A stretch of 64,000 bases of DNA from Eledone cirrhosa (taxonomy: Eukaryota): contig OZ024752.1 in NCBI GenBank assembly GCA_964016885.1, forward strand, positions 46,562,001 through 46,626,000. The letters run 5' to 3'. Below the pieces are notes generated by a model. It was not told the DNA's origin and did no database searches. It saw nothing but the letters and a program-made list of their open reading frames with translations. Both the position numbers and the translations under genes were made by a program. Below, piece by piece: positions 1 to 12,147 of the stretch (positions within the stretch are counted from its first letter, which is position 1; each line of letters opens with the position of its first letter).

Positions 1-420
1 GGGTGTAACTAACCATGGTCATTAGGGTGTAACTAACCATGGTCATTAGGGTTTAACTAACCATGGTCATTAGGGTGTAACTAACCATGGTCATTAGGGT
101 GTAACTAACTATGGTCATTAGGGTGTAACTAACCCTGGTCATTAGGGTGTAACTAACCATGGTCATTAGGGTGTAACTAACCATGGTCATTAGGGTGTAA
201 CTAACCCTGGTCATTAGGGTGTAACTAACCATGGTCATTAGGGTGTAACTAACCCTGGTCATTAGGATGTAACTAACCCTGGTCATTAGGGTTTAACTAA
301 CCCTGGTCATTAGGGTGTAACTAACCATGGTCATTAGGGTGTAACTAACCATGGTCATTAGGGTGTAACTAATCATGGTCATTAGGGTTTAACTAACCAT
401 GGTCATTAGGGTGTAACTAA
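1..420. repeat. 24-bp minisatellite (GGGTGTAACTAACCATGGTCATTA)n, about 17 copies, in an RBBP5 intron
   Basis: Direct tandem periodicity of 24 nt, running off the window start. Confidence 0.95.
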
Positions 421-446
421 TTACTGTCTCACTTTTCTCTCTCAAG

Positions 447-513
447 GTCCTGATGAAGAAGATGAGGAAGTTGATGTAACCAGTATTGAACCAATTCGAG
501 CCTTTGTCAGTAG
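447..513 (+). CDS. RBBP5: RBBP5 (COMPASS/MLL core subunit) internal exon containing the WDR5-binding motif
   Basis: Pyrimidine tract plus AG at 445-446, GTAAGG donor at 514. Translates to PDEEDEEVDVTSIEPIRAFVS, matching vertebrate RBBP5 EDEEVDVTSVDPIAAFCS as recalled. Confidence 0.92.
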
Positions 514-883
514 GTAAGGGAACGCTTTTGTTATCAACCTCTTACTGTTTGTAGTACTAGTAGTAGTAGTAGTTGTTGTACATGTGAGATACACCCAGTA
601 CACTCTGTAAAGTGGTAGTACTGGTGTATTTTATCATGTCACCAGCACTACCACTTTACAGAGTGTATCTCATGTGTACAACAAAACAACAGTAATATTA
701 TATATAATGAAAATTATTGTGTACAGTGCTCAGGTGCACTACAACTCATCAAAGGTGCATGTTGTATATATGTGATATTACTGTTGTTGTAGATATATGA
801 TAATGTTACTGTTGTTGTAGTCGATGTGATGTTACTGCTGTTGTTGTTGTAGATATGTGATAATGTTGCTGTTGTTGTTTCAG

Positions 884-980
884 TGATGAAGAGGCTGAAG
901 ATGAGAATGCATTGATGTACCTTCCTGTGTCTCCAGAGATCGATGATCCAGAAGAAGGCTGGCCGTTAGGCTCAGAAATG
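884..980 (+). CDS. RBBP5: RBBP5 exon
   Basis: TTTCAG acceptor, GTAGGC donor, in phase with the previous exon. Translates to (S)DEEAEDENALMYLPVSPEIDDPEEGWPLGSEM, similar to RBBP5 SDEELEDSKALLYLPIAPEVEDPEE. Confidence 0.92.
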
Positions 981-1132
981 GTAGGCTCTTCGAATACCAG
1001 CTCTATATTGGTGTCATAGTAAATACCAGCTATATGCTGGGGTATCATCATAGTAACACTAGCTCTATAATGGGGTCATCATTATTAAAGTAAAATACCT
1101 GTTATACATTGGTGTCATCATCATCATTATAA

Positions 1133-1298
1133 TAAATGTTTCTGCTTTTGGCACAAGGCCAGCAAATACCCCAGTGTATTACTGGTGCTTTATTTTATCA
1201 ACCCCCGTAAGGATGAAAAGTAAAGCTAACCTCAGCAGGATTTGAACTCAGACCGTAAAGGGGCGTAACTCTATGCTGCAAAGCATGGCGTCTGACCC
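1133..1298 (-). mobile_element. tRNA-derived SINE family A, 5'-truncated
   Basis: B-box (GAGTTCAAATCC on the minus strand) and the CTTTCATCCTTACGGGG..GATAAAATAAA core shared with more than 15 copies in the window. Confidence 0.85.
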
Positions 1299-1560
1299 TT
1301 GAGCAATACCGGTGTTTTATTGTGACAACAACCCTAAAGGGGCTGTGCCACTGACACAATTGAAGGGTCCTCTTGAACCTCAAATAATTAGGGTGATAGT
1401 TATCTTGATATTTCAGTTCCTGTATGAGCAAGGCATGGTCAGCCGACCAGACACTGCCCACAACAGGACAACCCGTCTAACCCATGCTAGCGTGGAAGAA
1501 CGGACGTAAAACGGTGATGATGATAATATTTATTCAGTTGTTTGTAAAATTTCTCTGTAG

Positions 1561-1678
1561 GGTCTGGAAGATACCATGAAAGACCCAAAAGACAAGGAAT
1601 TTTCTGATGAAGCTTCTTCTCCTAAGAAACGTAAGACAAAGTCTGTTGATATTGACCTGCCTGATGCTCCAACTGATG
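1561..1678 (+). CDS. RBBP5: RBBP5 exon with basic NLS-like PKKRK
   Basis: CTGTAG acceptor, GTAAGA donor, phase 0 in. Translates to GLEDTMKDPKDKEFSDEASSPKKRKTKSVDIDLPDAPTD, similar to RBBP5 PPKKKPKTTNIELQGVPND. Confidence 0.9.
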
Positions 1679-1788
1679 GTAAGATGTTTTCTTGTTATTA
1701 TTTGCTAGGGTCTGGAGAAAAAAGGGGAGCAGTGCCCATGGCTTTGTCAGATGCCAACCACTTCACAATGTCTAGTGGATTTAGTTTC

Positions 1789-2704
1789 TCATGGCACCAA
1801 TACTACCACTTTACAGAGTGTACTGGGTGTATTTTATCATAACACCAACACTACCACTTTACAGAGTGTACTGGGTGTATTTTATCATGGCACCAATACT
1901 ACCACTTTACAGAGTGTACTGGGTGTATTTCATCATGACACCAACACTACCACTTTACAGAGTGTACTGGGTGTATTTTATCATGACACCAACACTACCA
2001 CTTTACAGAGTGTACTGGGTGTATTTTATCATGACACCAACACTACCACTTTACAGGGTGTACTGGGTGTATATTATCATGGCACCAACACTACCACTTT
2101 ACAGGGTGTACTGGGTGTATATTATCATGGCACCAACACTACCACTTTACAGGGTGTACTGGGTGTATATTATCATGGCACCAACACTACCACTTTACAG
2201 GGTGTGCTGGGTGTATATTATGGCACCAACACTACCACGTTACAGGGTGTACTAGGTGTATATTATGACACCAACACTACCACGTTACAGGGTGTACTGG
2301 GTGTATATTATCATGGCACCAACACTACCACTTTACAGGGTGTACTGGGTGTATATTATGGCACCAACACTACCACGTTACAGGGTGTACTAGGTGTATA
2401 TTATGGCACCAACACTACCACGTTACAGGGTGTGCTGGGTGTATATTATGGCACCAACACTACCACGTTACAGGGTGTACTAGGTGTATATTATGGCACC
2501 AACACTACCACTTTACAGGGTGTACTGGGTGTATATCATGGCACCAACACTACCACTTTACAGGGTGTACTGGGTGTATATTATGGCACCAACACTACCA
2601 CGTTACAGGGTGTACTAGGTGTATATCATGGCACCAACACTACCACTTTACAGGGTGTACTGGGTGTATATTATCATGGCACCAACACTACCACTTTACT
2701 GGGT
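1789..2704. repeat. 45/48-bp minisatellite (CATGGCACCAACACTACCACTTTACAGAGTGTACTGGGTGTATTTTAT), about 19 copies
   Basis: Tandem array that explains ORFs 1751..2746 and 1791..2255. The unit resembles the internal part of SINE families B/C. Confidence 0.95.
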
Positions 2705-2764
2705 GAATGTCTGACAGTATATGACTCTAGATGTGTGTATAAATGACAATATATGACATCCAGA

Positions 2765-2945
2765 GTTGACACTGCACTCGGTGCTCCTGTGGGAGCCCCT
2801 GCATGGACACACTGGAAGAGAAAGACTGAGGTTGACATATGTTGATGCCCTAAGGACAGATACTGGTCTCTTGGAGACGCAGGACACGGCAGCGATAAAT
2901 GACGGACAGAGACTGCTGGAGAGAACTCGTCCATGGATCTCGGGA
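2765..2945 (+). mobile_element. RTE/RTE-X-type LINE ORF2 C-terminal fragment
   Basis: Translates to VLLWEPLHGHTGRERLRLTYVDALRTDTGL, the typical LLW.P.HG...GR....Y.D.L..DTG end of RTE-clade RT proteins. Confidence 0.7.
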
Positions 2946-2964
2946 ATTTTACCCGCCCTAGATA

Positions 2965-2995
<31 letters not shown>

Positions 2996-3050
2996 GATTA
3001 TATCTCTGTGTGTGTATATATATATGACAATATCTGTGTGTGTATTACAG

Positions 3051-3215
3051 AGATTCACCCATTCTTGAATGTAAAGAAACCTCAAGACAAGACGCAGCAG
3101 AAGAAAGGAAGTCGGTCCAAACAGCGCCAGGGAAAACCTGATAAAAACCGAGCAAAAGAGAAACATTCAACGAAACATAAAGAAAACTCTGAATCAGACC
3201 AGAAGGAAAATATTG
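3051..3215 (+). CDS. RBBP5: RBBP5 exon (basic C-terminal tail)
   Basis: TTACAG acceptor, GTAAGT donor, phase 1 at both ends. Translates to EIHPFLNVKKPQDKTQQKKGSRSK...KENI, similar to RBBP5 EVHPLLGVK. Confidence 0.88.
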
Positions 3216-3260
3216 GTAAGTTCCAGTGTTGTGATACAACATATGTATACTATATATATA

Positions 3261-3601
3261 TCATCATCATCATTTCATTTTTACGTCCACTTTTCCCTGC
3301 TTGCAAGGGTGGGACGGGAACTGATTCTGGCTTGATTTCTACAGCTGGATGCCCTGCCTAACACCAACCTCATTTACAGTGAGTGCTGGGTGCTTTTGTG
3401 CCGTGGCACCTCCACGACCACTTTACAGTGGAAGGATAGGGACCCCAGTCCCTATCATCTCATTTCCACAGCTGAGAAAACTGGAGCAATGTGAAATAAA
3501 GTGTCTTGCTCAAGGAAACAACACACCACCCGGTCTGAGAGTTGAACTCACAACCTTTTGATTGCAAGGCCAATGCTCTAACCACTAAGCCATGTGCCTC
3601 C
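3261..3601 (-). mobile_element. SINE family B, full length (tRNA head, CORE-like block, RTE-type tail, (ATG)n)
   Basis: A/B boxes (TGGCTTAGTGG, GAGTTCAA), TCCTTGAGCAAGACACTT block, tail CCCACCCTTGCAAGCAGGGAAAAGTGGACGTAAAA(TGA)n. Near-identical copies at 10136 and 51985. Confidence 0.88.
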
Positions 3602-4191
3602 ATATATATATCCTATATATACCTATATACTATATACCATATATAACCTACACTATAAACTATATATACCTATATACTATATAACTATATACTATATATC
3701 TTGTAAATATAGACAGCCATCCTGCCATCCCAGTACTGTAGTTTATATTTGTTTAATTTAACCATTTTCATATCTTGTTGAAAATAGTGAAGAACTTGGA
3801 GAGATTATCAAGCTGGTGTTTGGAACATAATTTAACAAAGGTTCTTACATAAAACTATAATGAAAGGTTTTAATAAAAGTATAGAAGAAAGAATCGATCA
3901 ACTTTTGTCAAATCGGACCGAGGAAACAATGTTTCCGTTGGTTTTTCCAATTGCTAGTACTAACTATCGGTCGCAACTCCAGGTAGAAGGAGCAACGTGA
4001 AATTAAGTGTCTTGCTCAAGGACATAATGCATTACCTGGTCCGGGAATTGAGCTGACAATTGTGAACCCAGTTCTCTAACCACTCAGCCACACGCCTTCA
4101 CTAATAAAAGTATAAAAAAAAACAAGTAATTTCAGATGTTTTGGGTATCAAAAAGATTAAATAATGTATTTTTCTAATCTCAAATTGTTCA

Positions 4192-4660
4192 TTAACCCTT
4201 TAGCATTTAAACCAGCCATATCCAGCCAGAATTATCTCACCTCTTTCTATTCAAACCAGCTGTAACTGGCCATTCATACTGATGTTAACGTATTATTCTC
4301 AAACTAAATAATTTCAAAATCTCATAGATATTGTGTTATGTGAGATAATTATGTAAGGTAAAGCCTTTACCACAAAAATACAATAGTAAATATTGAGTAA
4401 TATAAATGTTAAAGGGTTTAACCAGCCATATCTGGCCAGAATTCTCTCACCTCTTTCTGTTCAAACTGACTGTAACTGGCCACCCATACTGATGTTAAGG
4501 TATTATTCTCAAAATAAATAATATCAAAATCTCATAAATTCATATGTGAGGTAAAGCCTTTACTACAAAAATACAATAGTATATATAGAGTAATGTAAAT
4601 GAGGTAAAGCCTTCACTGTGAAAATACAATAGTATATATAGAGTAATGTAAATGTTAAAG
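4192..4660. mobile_element. piggyBac-like MITE followed by a partial tandem copy
   Basis: TTAA|CCCTTTAGCATTTA at 4192 and TAAATGTTAAAGGG|TTTAA at about 4403-4421. Related copies at 33630-34730, 38700-38982, 46053-46118 and 51090-51235. Confidence 0.7.
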
Positions 4661-4689
4661 ATGTAAATTTTTTTTTTTTTTTTCTCCAG

Positions 4690-4724
4690 GCCGGAAGATG
4701 AGATATGGTAATGATGATGTCTAA
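4690..4724 (+). CDS. RBBP5: RBBP5 probable last coding segment, (G)RKMRYGNDDV*
   Basis: Long poly-T tract plus CCAG acceptor at 4689. Phase-1 continuation reaches TAA at 4722-4724. Confidence 0.7.
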
Positions 4725-6009
4725 ACTATAAGATCTGGTTTCATAGCAACTTCAAAATCAGTGTGGAAATTGTTGAGTATTGTCTGGTTTACCAGTCTCC
4801 AGATGAAGTCAGTCATCCACTCTGGTAATGAGGCTTTCGTTATCTTTCTTTTATTTATTTTTGTCTTTTATACATCTGGTTTCATTCATTAGACTCTGGG
4901 ATATCGACTGTAGAACAATTTTTATATTTCAGGTTTGTCCCCTTCAGTATGGAGGAAGTTTGGGTGCTCTAGCTTAGAATCTGGGATATGGTTTCACTCA
5001 TTAAACTGTGGCCACGCTGGGGCACTGCCTTGATTTAGTCGATCATATCGACTGCTGAACACAGTTTATTGTTTGTTTTTTTCTAGCCTGTCCCTTTCAG
5101 CATGAGGGTACCTGGGGTATTATTTCAGTCTGTGGCCATGCTGGGGCACTGTTTTCTATATATTCCACAATGATTCAAGTAAACTTCAACATAATGTTTT
5201 TGTTTTGTTTTGTTTGTTTTTTCTTTCTTTTAAATAAGCTTTTTTTTTTCTTTTGTAGATATAAACCAGAACAATTGTACACATCAGCCAAGGGGGTTGA
5301 ATCTAGGCCTGAATATCATAGAAAGAAGCTCATTTTTCACCACGTCACATTTATATTTTTATATACATGTCCATGTGATCCCTAGCACCATTTTTCAAAT
5401 GATATTGTTTTTGATAAATTACATATCAAAGCAAAAAAGTATAGTGAGTAGATAAGCTCTTAATGTCCTGTACCACACGAAACCACATTAGCAAGACATT
5501 CTTGAAAAGTACAAAGTACAGACAGCACTTTAACAGCATCACATTTTAAAATTAACATCTTTACTTGAATATTGCTAATTTTCTCAATCATCTATCTGCT
5601 ACTCAAGATACTATAAACATTTGAATTAACAAACCTATTTTTAGACATTTTCTGTTAAACCACTACAGGATGTTAAGAGTTAAGAAGACGCCTGGTTTAA
5701 TATAAATATAGTTCTCTTTCTGTTCTCATCAGTTATTTGAGAGAAACAAATGCAACTATATTTGCATTAAATTTGTTTTCCTACCACCTACAAAACACCA
5801 TCATATTTGAAAACGTTAAAATATAAGAAGTTTTGGAAGTAGTTTTGTATGATATATATATATATATATATATAGAGATGAACAGTTATGTGTATATTTT
5901 ATTATATATATCTACAGCTACCTAGAGTTGGTTCAAAACTAGAAACATCATTTTCACCACCTTATCATCAAACTTGATACATTTTCATTCTTTGTCAAAC
6001 ATTTTTTGC

Positions 6010-6015
6010 AATAAA
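6010..6015 (+). promoter_or_regulatory. candidate polyadenylation signal for RBBP5
   Basis: AATAAA after the putative 3' UTR exon (from 5259), followed by a T-rich tract. Confidence 0.3.
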
Positions 6016-6149
6016 ATATAGCTATTACATCTATTTTTTTTTTTTTTTTTTTTTAGTAGCTGGGTGGGTGGGGGTATGTTGAGAAAATGGTTAGAGCTTC
6101 TGTAGGGGTGGTATGTTTTGACAAAATAGAGCATTGGTAGTGGGAGTTA

Positions 6150-6505
6150 TCATCATCATCATCGTTTAACGTCTATCTTCCACGCTAGCATGGGTTAGAC
6201 GGGAGTTGTCCCACTTGAGGCAAGATTGGTCGGGTGACCGTGTCTTGCTCGTATAGGACTATCGGGCAGGTTTTCTACGGCTGGATGCCCTTCCTAACCA
6301 ACCACATTTACAGTGTGTACTGGGAACTTTTTACCGTGTTACCTACACGGCCACATTACAGCGTGGACTGTGTGTTTTTTTGTCGTGACACCTACACGAC
6401 CTCATTAGTTTGGACTGGATGTTGTGGTACCAACATAACTTTACAGAGAAAGGGTGGTGTTCGTGGGAGGGTGTTGGGGTGTATATTTGGTTAAGAGGTG
6501 CCTAC
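6150..6505 (-). mobile_element. non-autonomous RTE-tailed element family C
   Basis: Tail CCCATGCTAGCGTGGAAGATAGACGTTAAAC(GAT)n. The same body occurs at 22925-23320 (+); partial copies at 30945-31110, 48890-49050 and 50410-50570. Confidence 0.75.
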
Positions 6506-6819
6506 TGACTAGGTTTCGCTTGTGTTGAGTGTGTTGACAAAATGGTTTGAGTTTCTGTAGTGGGAATCATCATCATCATCATGACCGTTTAGTGTACATT
6601 TACCATGGGTTAGACAGGTGTCCACGTCAAGAGATAAGTCCGGCCAGAATTTGACACACAGTACCTTGCTCCAACAGGACTGTAAATTTGGTCAGGGATT
6701 TTACAGCCAGATGCCCTTCCTAACACCAAACACCAACCACATTTACAGTTGACAAAATGTTAAGTAAAGTAATCCTATTTCTTTGCATTTTCAGTTTAAA
6801 TCCTGCTGTGGTCAACTTT

Positions 6820-7150
6820 GTCTTCGGATGTGAAATGTCAATATGCATGAATGACCAAGCATGGACGAGTTGAGAGTGAAACTGTGTATAAGAGGGATAA
6901 ACAGTAGTGTGCAGGAGAGAAGACTGCATGTGATGCGCATGGAAGATGTCCGCTGGGTGAAGAAGTGCTGAGAAATCCCAGTGGAAGGAAGACCACAAAA
7001 GACATGGGCAGATGTGGTGAGAGCTGACTTCAGATTGCCGAAGCTCATGGAGGATCGGAGGGACCATGACGAATGGAGAGATGCTGTTGCTGAAGAGGAC
7101 CTGTCCCACCCTTGCAAGCAAGAAGAAGCGGACATATGATGTTGATGACT
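6820..7150 (+). mobile_element. degenerate RTE LINE 3' end
   Basis: Broken translation LRVKLCIRGINSSVQERRL-HVMRMEDVRWVKKC*EIPVEGRPQKTWADVVRADF...DEWRDAV, ending in CCCACCCTTGCAAGCAAG...GCGGAC..TGATG. Confidence 0.85.
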
Positions 7151-8497
7151 TCTGGTTGATAGGAGTAGAATGATATAATTAAGTACCAGTAAAATATTGG
7201 GGGTCCATTTCAGCAGTTATCCTTTCCTAAAATGCAGCTCTTATGCTTCTGGTATTCGACATAGTTATTTTCTGTCAAAGGTGTAATATTTTCTAGAGTT
7301 ATCCCCCTTGCTAGCAATGAAAGCAGACGTTAAAACGACGACGACGACGAGAATGCTTGATGAACCTCATACGATGATAGTGCTGCTAATATATTGAATT
7401 CTGTAAAGTTATTGGTTTCTTATGACAGCGTTTAGTCCTAATTTTTGACCTTATTAAACTGACTTCTCATTCAGAATCAATTGTTTCATTAATCACAACT
7501 AAATTTACTCCTCAGAATTGGATTTACTTTCATTTTGTTGTTAACTAGATTCAGTTAAATTCAATTTATCTTCCTCATAGACTCTTCTCCTGATGGAAAA
7601 TTCTTTGTTCAGTTCTTAATTATGATAGTTTAATAGAATTTCTACAGTTCTATTACTGAACGAATCAATACAAACATTCCATTTGTGGAATACATGAAAT
7701 TATGCTATTTACATCTAATACATCTAAACTGGATATGATAACTTTTAAATACACTTCGACATTTTATTTCGCCATTGCATTTCCAGCGAAGCTCTTTCAG
7801 TTGCCTGCTTAAGTTCGCTTTTGAGAGTTTTTCAATTCGCATTCGGTGGATTTTTTTGACATCGAAGGACTTTTTTGCAGGATAACTCTCTTAAGTCACC
7901 TTCAACTAGAATAAAGAGATTACAAGTTTGTTGAATGATAGGAATTATTGATTTAAATAAACATGCAGTATTCTCATAAGATATAATTAAACAACAGCCT
8001 ACCTAGTACTGGTGCCATGGTAAAATATGCATAATGCACTCTGTAAAGTTGTTGGTTGTGTGTGTCTGTGTGTGACAGCTCACACCTATGCAGGTTTAGC
8101 TGCTGGCCTCCAAAGTATATCTCGTTGGAGGTGTCTTGGGTGATTTAATGATAGGGATCCCAGTCCTATCATCTCATTTCTACAGCTGAGTAAACTGGAG
8201 CAACGTGAAATAAAGTGTCTTGCTCAAGGACACAACACATCACCCGGTCTGAGAATTGAACTCACAACTTTTCGATTTTAGTTGTTGGTTATAAGAAGGA
8301 CATCCAGTTATAGAAACCTTGTCAGACAGAGAACTCATGAGGACAGAGGTTCTCAAACATTTTGGGTTAACCCACCTCTCCCCACAGCCACATAATACCC
8401 TCAGCACCCCAACCCTATTTCTAGAGAGACCTGCGTCAAAACATGGTGTCCAACCCTCTACAAATACTACCAATCCACCGCCCATTATCATTATAAT

Positions 8498-8690
8498 AAT
8501 TGTTTCTACTTTTGGCACAAGGCCAGCAATTACCCCAGTGCATTACTGGTACTTTATTTTATCGACCACCGTAAGGATGAAACGCAAAGTTAACCTCGGC
8601 GGGATTTGAACTCGGATCATAAAGGGCCGTAACTCTATGCATCAAAGCATGGCGTCCGACTCTACCGATACTGCCAATCCACCACCCATG
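8498..8690 (-). mobile_element. SINE family A, full length
   Basis: Head GGTGGATTGGCAGTATCGGTAGAG, B-box, central block and (AAT)n tail. Confidence 0.88.
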
Positions 8691-9025
8691 GCGTCCGACC
8701 CTCTACCACCCTAGCATGGTGTCCGACCCTCTATCGATACAGCCTATCTACCGCCCTAGCATGGTATCCGACCCTCTACCGGTACTGCCTATCTACCGCC
8801 CTAGCATGGTGTCCGACCCTCTACCAATACTGCCTATCTACCGCCCTAGCATGGTGTCCGACCCTCTACCGATACTGCCTATCTACCGCCCTAGCATGGT
8901 GTCCGACCCTCTACCGGTACTGCCTATCTACCGCCCTAGCATGGTGTCCGACCCTCTACCGGTACTGCCTATCTACCGCCCTAGCATGGTGTCCGACCCT
9001 CTACCGATACTGCCAATCAACCAGC
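8690..9025. repeat. 45-bp minisatellite made of the SINE-A head, about 7 copies
   Basis: The unit CTAGCATGGTGTCCGACCCTCTACCGGTACTGCCTATCTACCGCC is the reverse complement of the SINE-A 5' end. Confidence 0.92.
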
Positions 9026-10030
9026 CATCTTGTAAATAATAAGGATTTCTGATTTAAGCACAAGGCCAACAATTTTGGGAAAGGGGAAAATTGATTAAAT
9101 TGACCGCAGTGTATTACTGGTACTTTAGTTTATCAACCCTGTAATGATGAAAGGCAAAGTTAACTTTGGCAGGATTTGAACTCAATAAGTTAAAATAACA
9201 AAATAAAAATATAAACCGTTGCAATAGAGAATAGTAAACTAGTTAAAATGGAGGCAGAAGATATTCTAGTATTCAAGTTACTAAACATCATTTTGTTTCA
9301 TGTAATAATGGTTTCCAGAATTCCCAAAATGAAACATGGTAGAATTGATCTTCTGCTTAATTTGATTAGCTTTGAATTAATTGATCTGTTAATAAAGAAC
9401 TGGCAAATAGGATTATCAGAATATTTATCTGAAGTAATGCTTCTCTGGTTTGATTATTGACTGGAGAAACAAACAACGGATTCTACAATGGATTTGGTCG
9501 GAATACATTAAAAACATGTCTTGTTTTCTTAGTTGCTTAATATCCACGCAACTGGGAGCTGCTCTGGGCCTTGTGAAAGCTATAAGCTATGCATGCTTGG
9601 AAAAATGTACACAAAAATGAGATCTATATATATGTGTGTGTGCATTTATATATATATATATAACTATTTGTTATATTATATATATATTTAATTAGAAATT
9701 GAACAACACAAAATATAACTACTAATTAAATAGCTCTGTTCTATACATAGAGCACTCTTTTTTCCTTTGCTTTTCCTCTGGAATTACCTAACACATATAT
9801 ATATATATATATATATCATCATCATCATCATCGTTTAACGTTCATTTCCCATGCTAGCAAAACTCAATTGTATCATTGGCTCCTTAACTTAGCCGGTATC
9901 GGGAAGATATGGGGGGGGGGGGAGGTCAATTTCTAAGCAGCCAATGGCAACTTCTTTTTCCATCTTTTAAGGGTATTCATCCTATTCTATAAGTTATGTT
10001 TATAGCATTTCTGTGCTTGAGCACTTCCTT

Positions 10031-10063
<33 letters not shown>

Positions 10064-10135
10064 TTTGTTGGCTTAGCTGCTGCTGGCACTTCGAATACGC
10101 TGTACTTTCATTTGTATATATATATATATATATAT

Positions 10136-10470
10136 GGAGGCACATGACTTACTGGTTAGAGCACTGGCCTTGCAGTCGAAAGGTTGTGAGTTCAATTCTC
10201 AGACCGGGTGATGTGTTGTTTCCTTGAGCAAGACACTTTATTTCACATTGCTCCAGTTTACTCAGCTGTAGAAATGAGATGATAGGGACTGGGTTCCCTA
10301 TCATTCCACTGTAAAGTGGTCATGGAGGTGCCACGGCAAAAAAGCATCCAGCACTCACTGTAAATGAGGTTGGTGTTAGGAAGGGCATCCAGCTGTAGAA
10401 ATCAAGCCAGCCATCAGTTCCCGTCCCACCCTTGCATGCAGGGAAAAAGTGGACGTAAAATGATGATGAT
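10136..10470 (+). mobile_element. SINE family B, full length, inserted next to (TA)n
   Basis: Same structure as 3261-3601. Confidence 0.88.
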
Positions 10471-10565
10471 ATGTGTATGAAAAAGGTAACCAGAAATAAC
10501 AACACAATCGGTACAGTATATGGAAGGGATATATAAGGTTAATGCTTGAAATAGCAGGAAGAGGG

Positions 10566-10601
10566 TCTTGACGTTTCGAACGCTAGTCCTTCATCAGAAG
10601 A
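10566..10601 (-). ncRNA. minimal type I hammerhead ribozyme motif (Penelope-like)
   Basis: Minus strand reads TCTT-CTGATGA-A-GGAC tagc GTTC-GAAA-CG-TC-AAGA: stem I TCTT/AAGA, stem II GGAC/GTTC, palindromic ACGT stem III. Confidence 0.75.
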
Positions 10602-10660
10602 AAGAATGAGAAATAAGATAGATTGAGGGGACGGGTGGATATGAATTTGAAAAAATGTCT

Positions 10661-10698
<38 letters not shown>

Positions 10699-10782
10699 TT
10701 TTTTCCCTTTATTTTAATGTCTTTCCACCACTCCACTCCCCCCACCCCCTCACACCCTCTTGGAACTCTTCCTTCCCACCTC

Positions 10783-10815
10783 TCTTCTGATGAAGGGCTT
10801 ATGCCCGAAACGTCC
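10783..10815 (+). ncRNA. minimal hammerhead motif, 3' strand of stem I lost
   Basis: TCTT-CTGATGA-A-GGGC ttat GCCC-GAAA-CG-TC. Confidence 0.65.
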
Positions 10816-10895
10816 CCCCCCCCTGCACTGAAGCGTGAACCTAATATGAACACTGTTCATAACTGCACTCCTTGTTTTTGTTTTGTTCTTTGCCA

Positions 10896-10926
<31 letters not shown>

Positions 10927-10933
10927 TAGGAGG

Positions 10934-10968
<35 letters not shown>

Positions 10969-11049
10969 GTGTGCCTCCTATATATATATATATATATATA
11001 TATCACATAAAAAACGGAGAATCAGTGTTGCGACGAATAAGATTTATTG

Positions 11050-11144
11050 GACATATTACAATCGTTTCTCTGGCAACCAGCTCGAGGCACGGTCGATGCG
11101 ATGATCGAACCTGACTCTGAAATCGCAAGGTCCTCAGATACATC
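11050..11144 (-). ncRNA. hammerhead motif with an extended stem II
   Basis: Minus strand reads GATGTAT-CTGAGGA-[about 60-nt structured insert]-GAAA-CGATTG-TA-ATATGTC. Stem I GATGTAT/ATATGTC pairs with G-U wobbles. Confidence 0.55.
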
Positions 11145-12111
11145 TCAATTCTACGAAGCAGAGTCCAGTTACACCCACGGCATACACAAGCATGGAAAAA
11201 CATACATAAAAAGATGGATACATATATGGGGGGGGGGGGGGGGGGGGTTAACAAAGAAAATAAAACAAAAGGTGAAGATTGGTACCTAATTAGTTCATTG
11301 CTTTATGATTGTTTCAGAAGGATGATTGATTATCATAGATCAATATATTGATTACCAGGTAGTTGTTATGTCACTACCTATTTCTACTCTCAAAATCTAT
11401 AATCTATCACACAGTCTTTCTCAGACTTTTGTTTTATTTTCATTGTTCAACACAGATATTTAAATGACTGTGTAGCTCAAGTAGAATCTTTGAGGGGTTC
11501 TTATGTGATGGGAGCCTACTTCAGAAATTATAGCACTCACTTCCTAATCTTGTTGACCTCATTAGTTTGGACTGGAACTGGATGTTGTGGTACCAACATA
11601 ACTTTACAGAGAAAGGGGTGGTTTTGGTGGGGGTGGGCGGATGGAGTAGGGGTGGTGTGTGTGTGTACATATATATGCATGTGGGTATATTTATAATCAA
11701 TCAATAAAGGTATTTACTCCACTTACCTGTAAAACTGTCAACCAAACACAAGATCAACCAAGTAATTATACATATAAGTTCCCTTTTTGCCTTTTATATA
11801 CTTCTAACTCTTTCACACTTCCCCTCACCTTTTCCTATTCTCAATGTAGATGTGTCTATTGAAAGCAAGTGTAACAATAAACACTTTCTATTATTTCTGC
11901 CTTTAAATGTTACATCTCATCACAGGTAGTCACACCTTTTTCTGTACAACATTCATCAAACGGATCTTAATACTTAAACTAACATAGTAATATGACTTCC
12001 AAATAATTTTGAAAATAATCAAAGACTTGAACGGATATAGTGAAATAGATTACCTTCCCGTTATCAAGTTGGTGCTTGAAGTATAACTATTGTCTTTTAT
12101 TTCGCAGTCTA

Positions 12112-12147
12112 TCTTCTGATGAAAGTCAAGTATCTGAAACATCAAGA
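12112..12147 (+). ncRNA. degenerate hammerhead motif
   Basis: TCTT-CTGATGA-AAGTCAAGTATCT-GAAA-CA-TC-AAGA; stem II has decayed. Confidence 0.45.

Noticed and set aside
1-420. TTAGGG in every 24-bp unit, suggesting telomeric sequence
   Set aside because: One hexamer per unit rather than (TTAGGG)n, and the array is intronic to RBBP5.
1751-2746. 331-aa repetitive ORF
   Set aside because: It is the translation of an intronic 45/48-bp minisatellite. The same applies to 15637..16518, 33662..34759 and 26864..27337.
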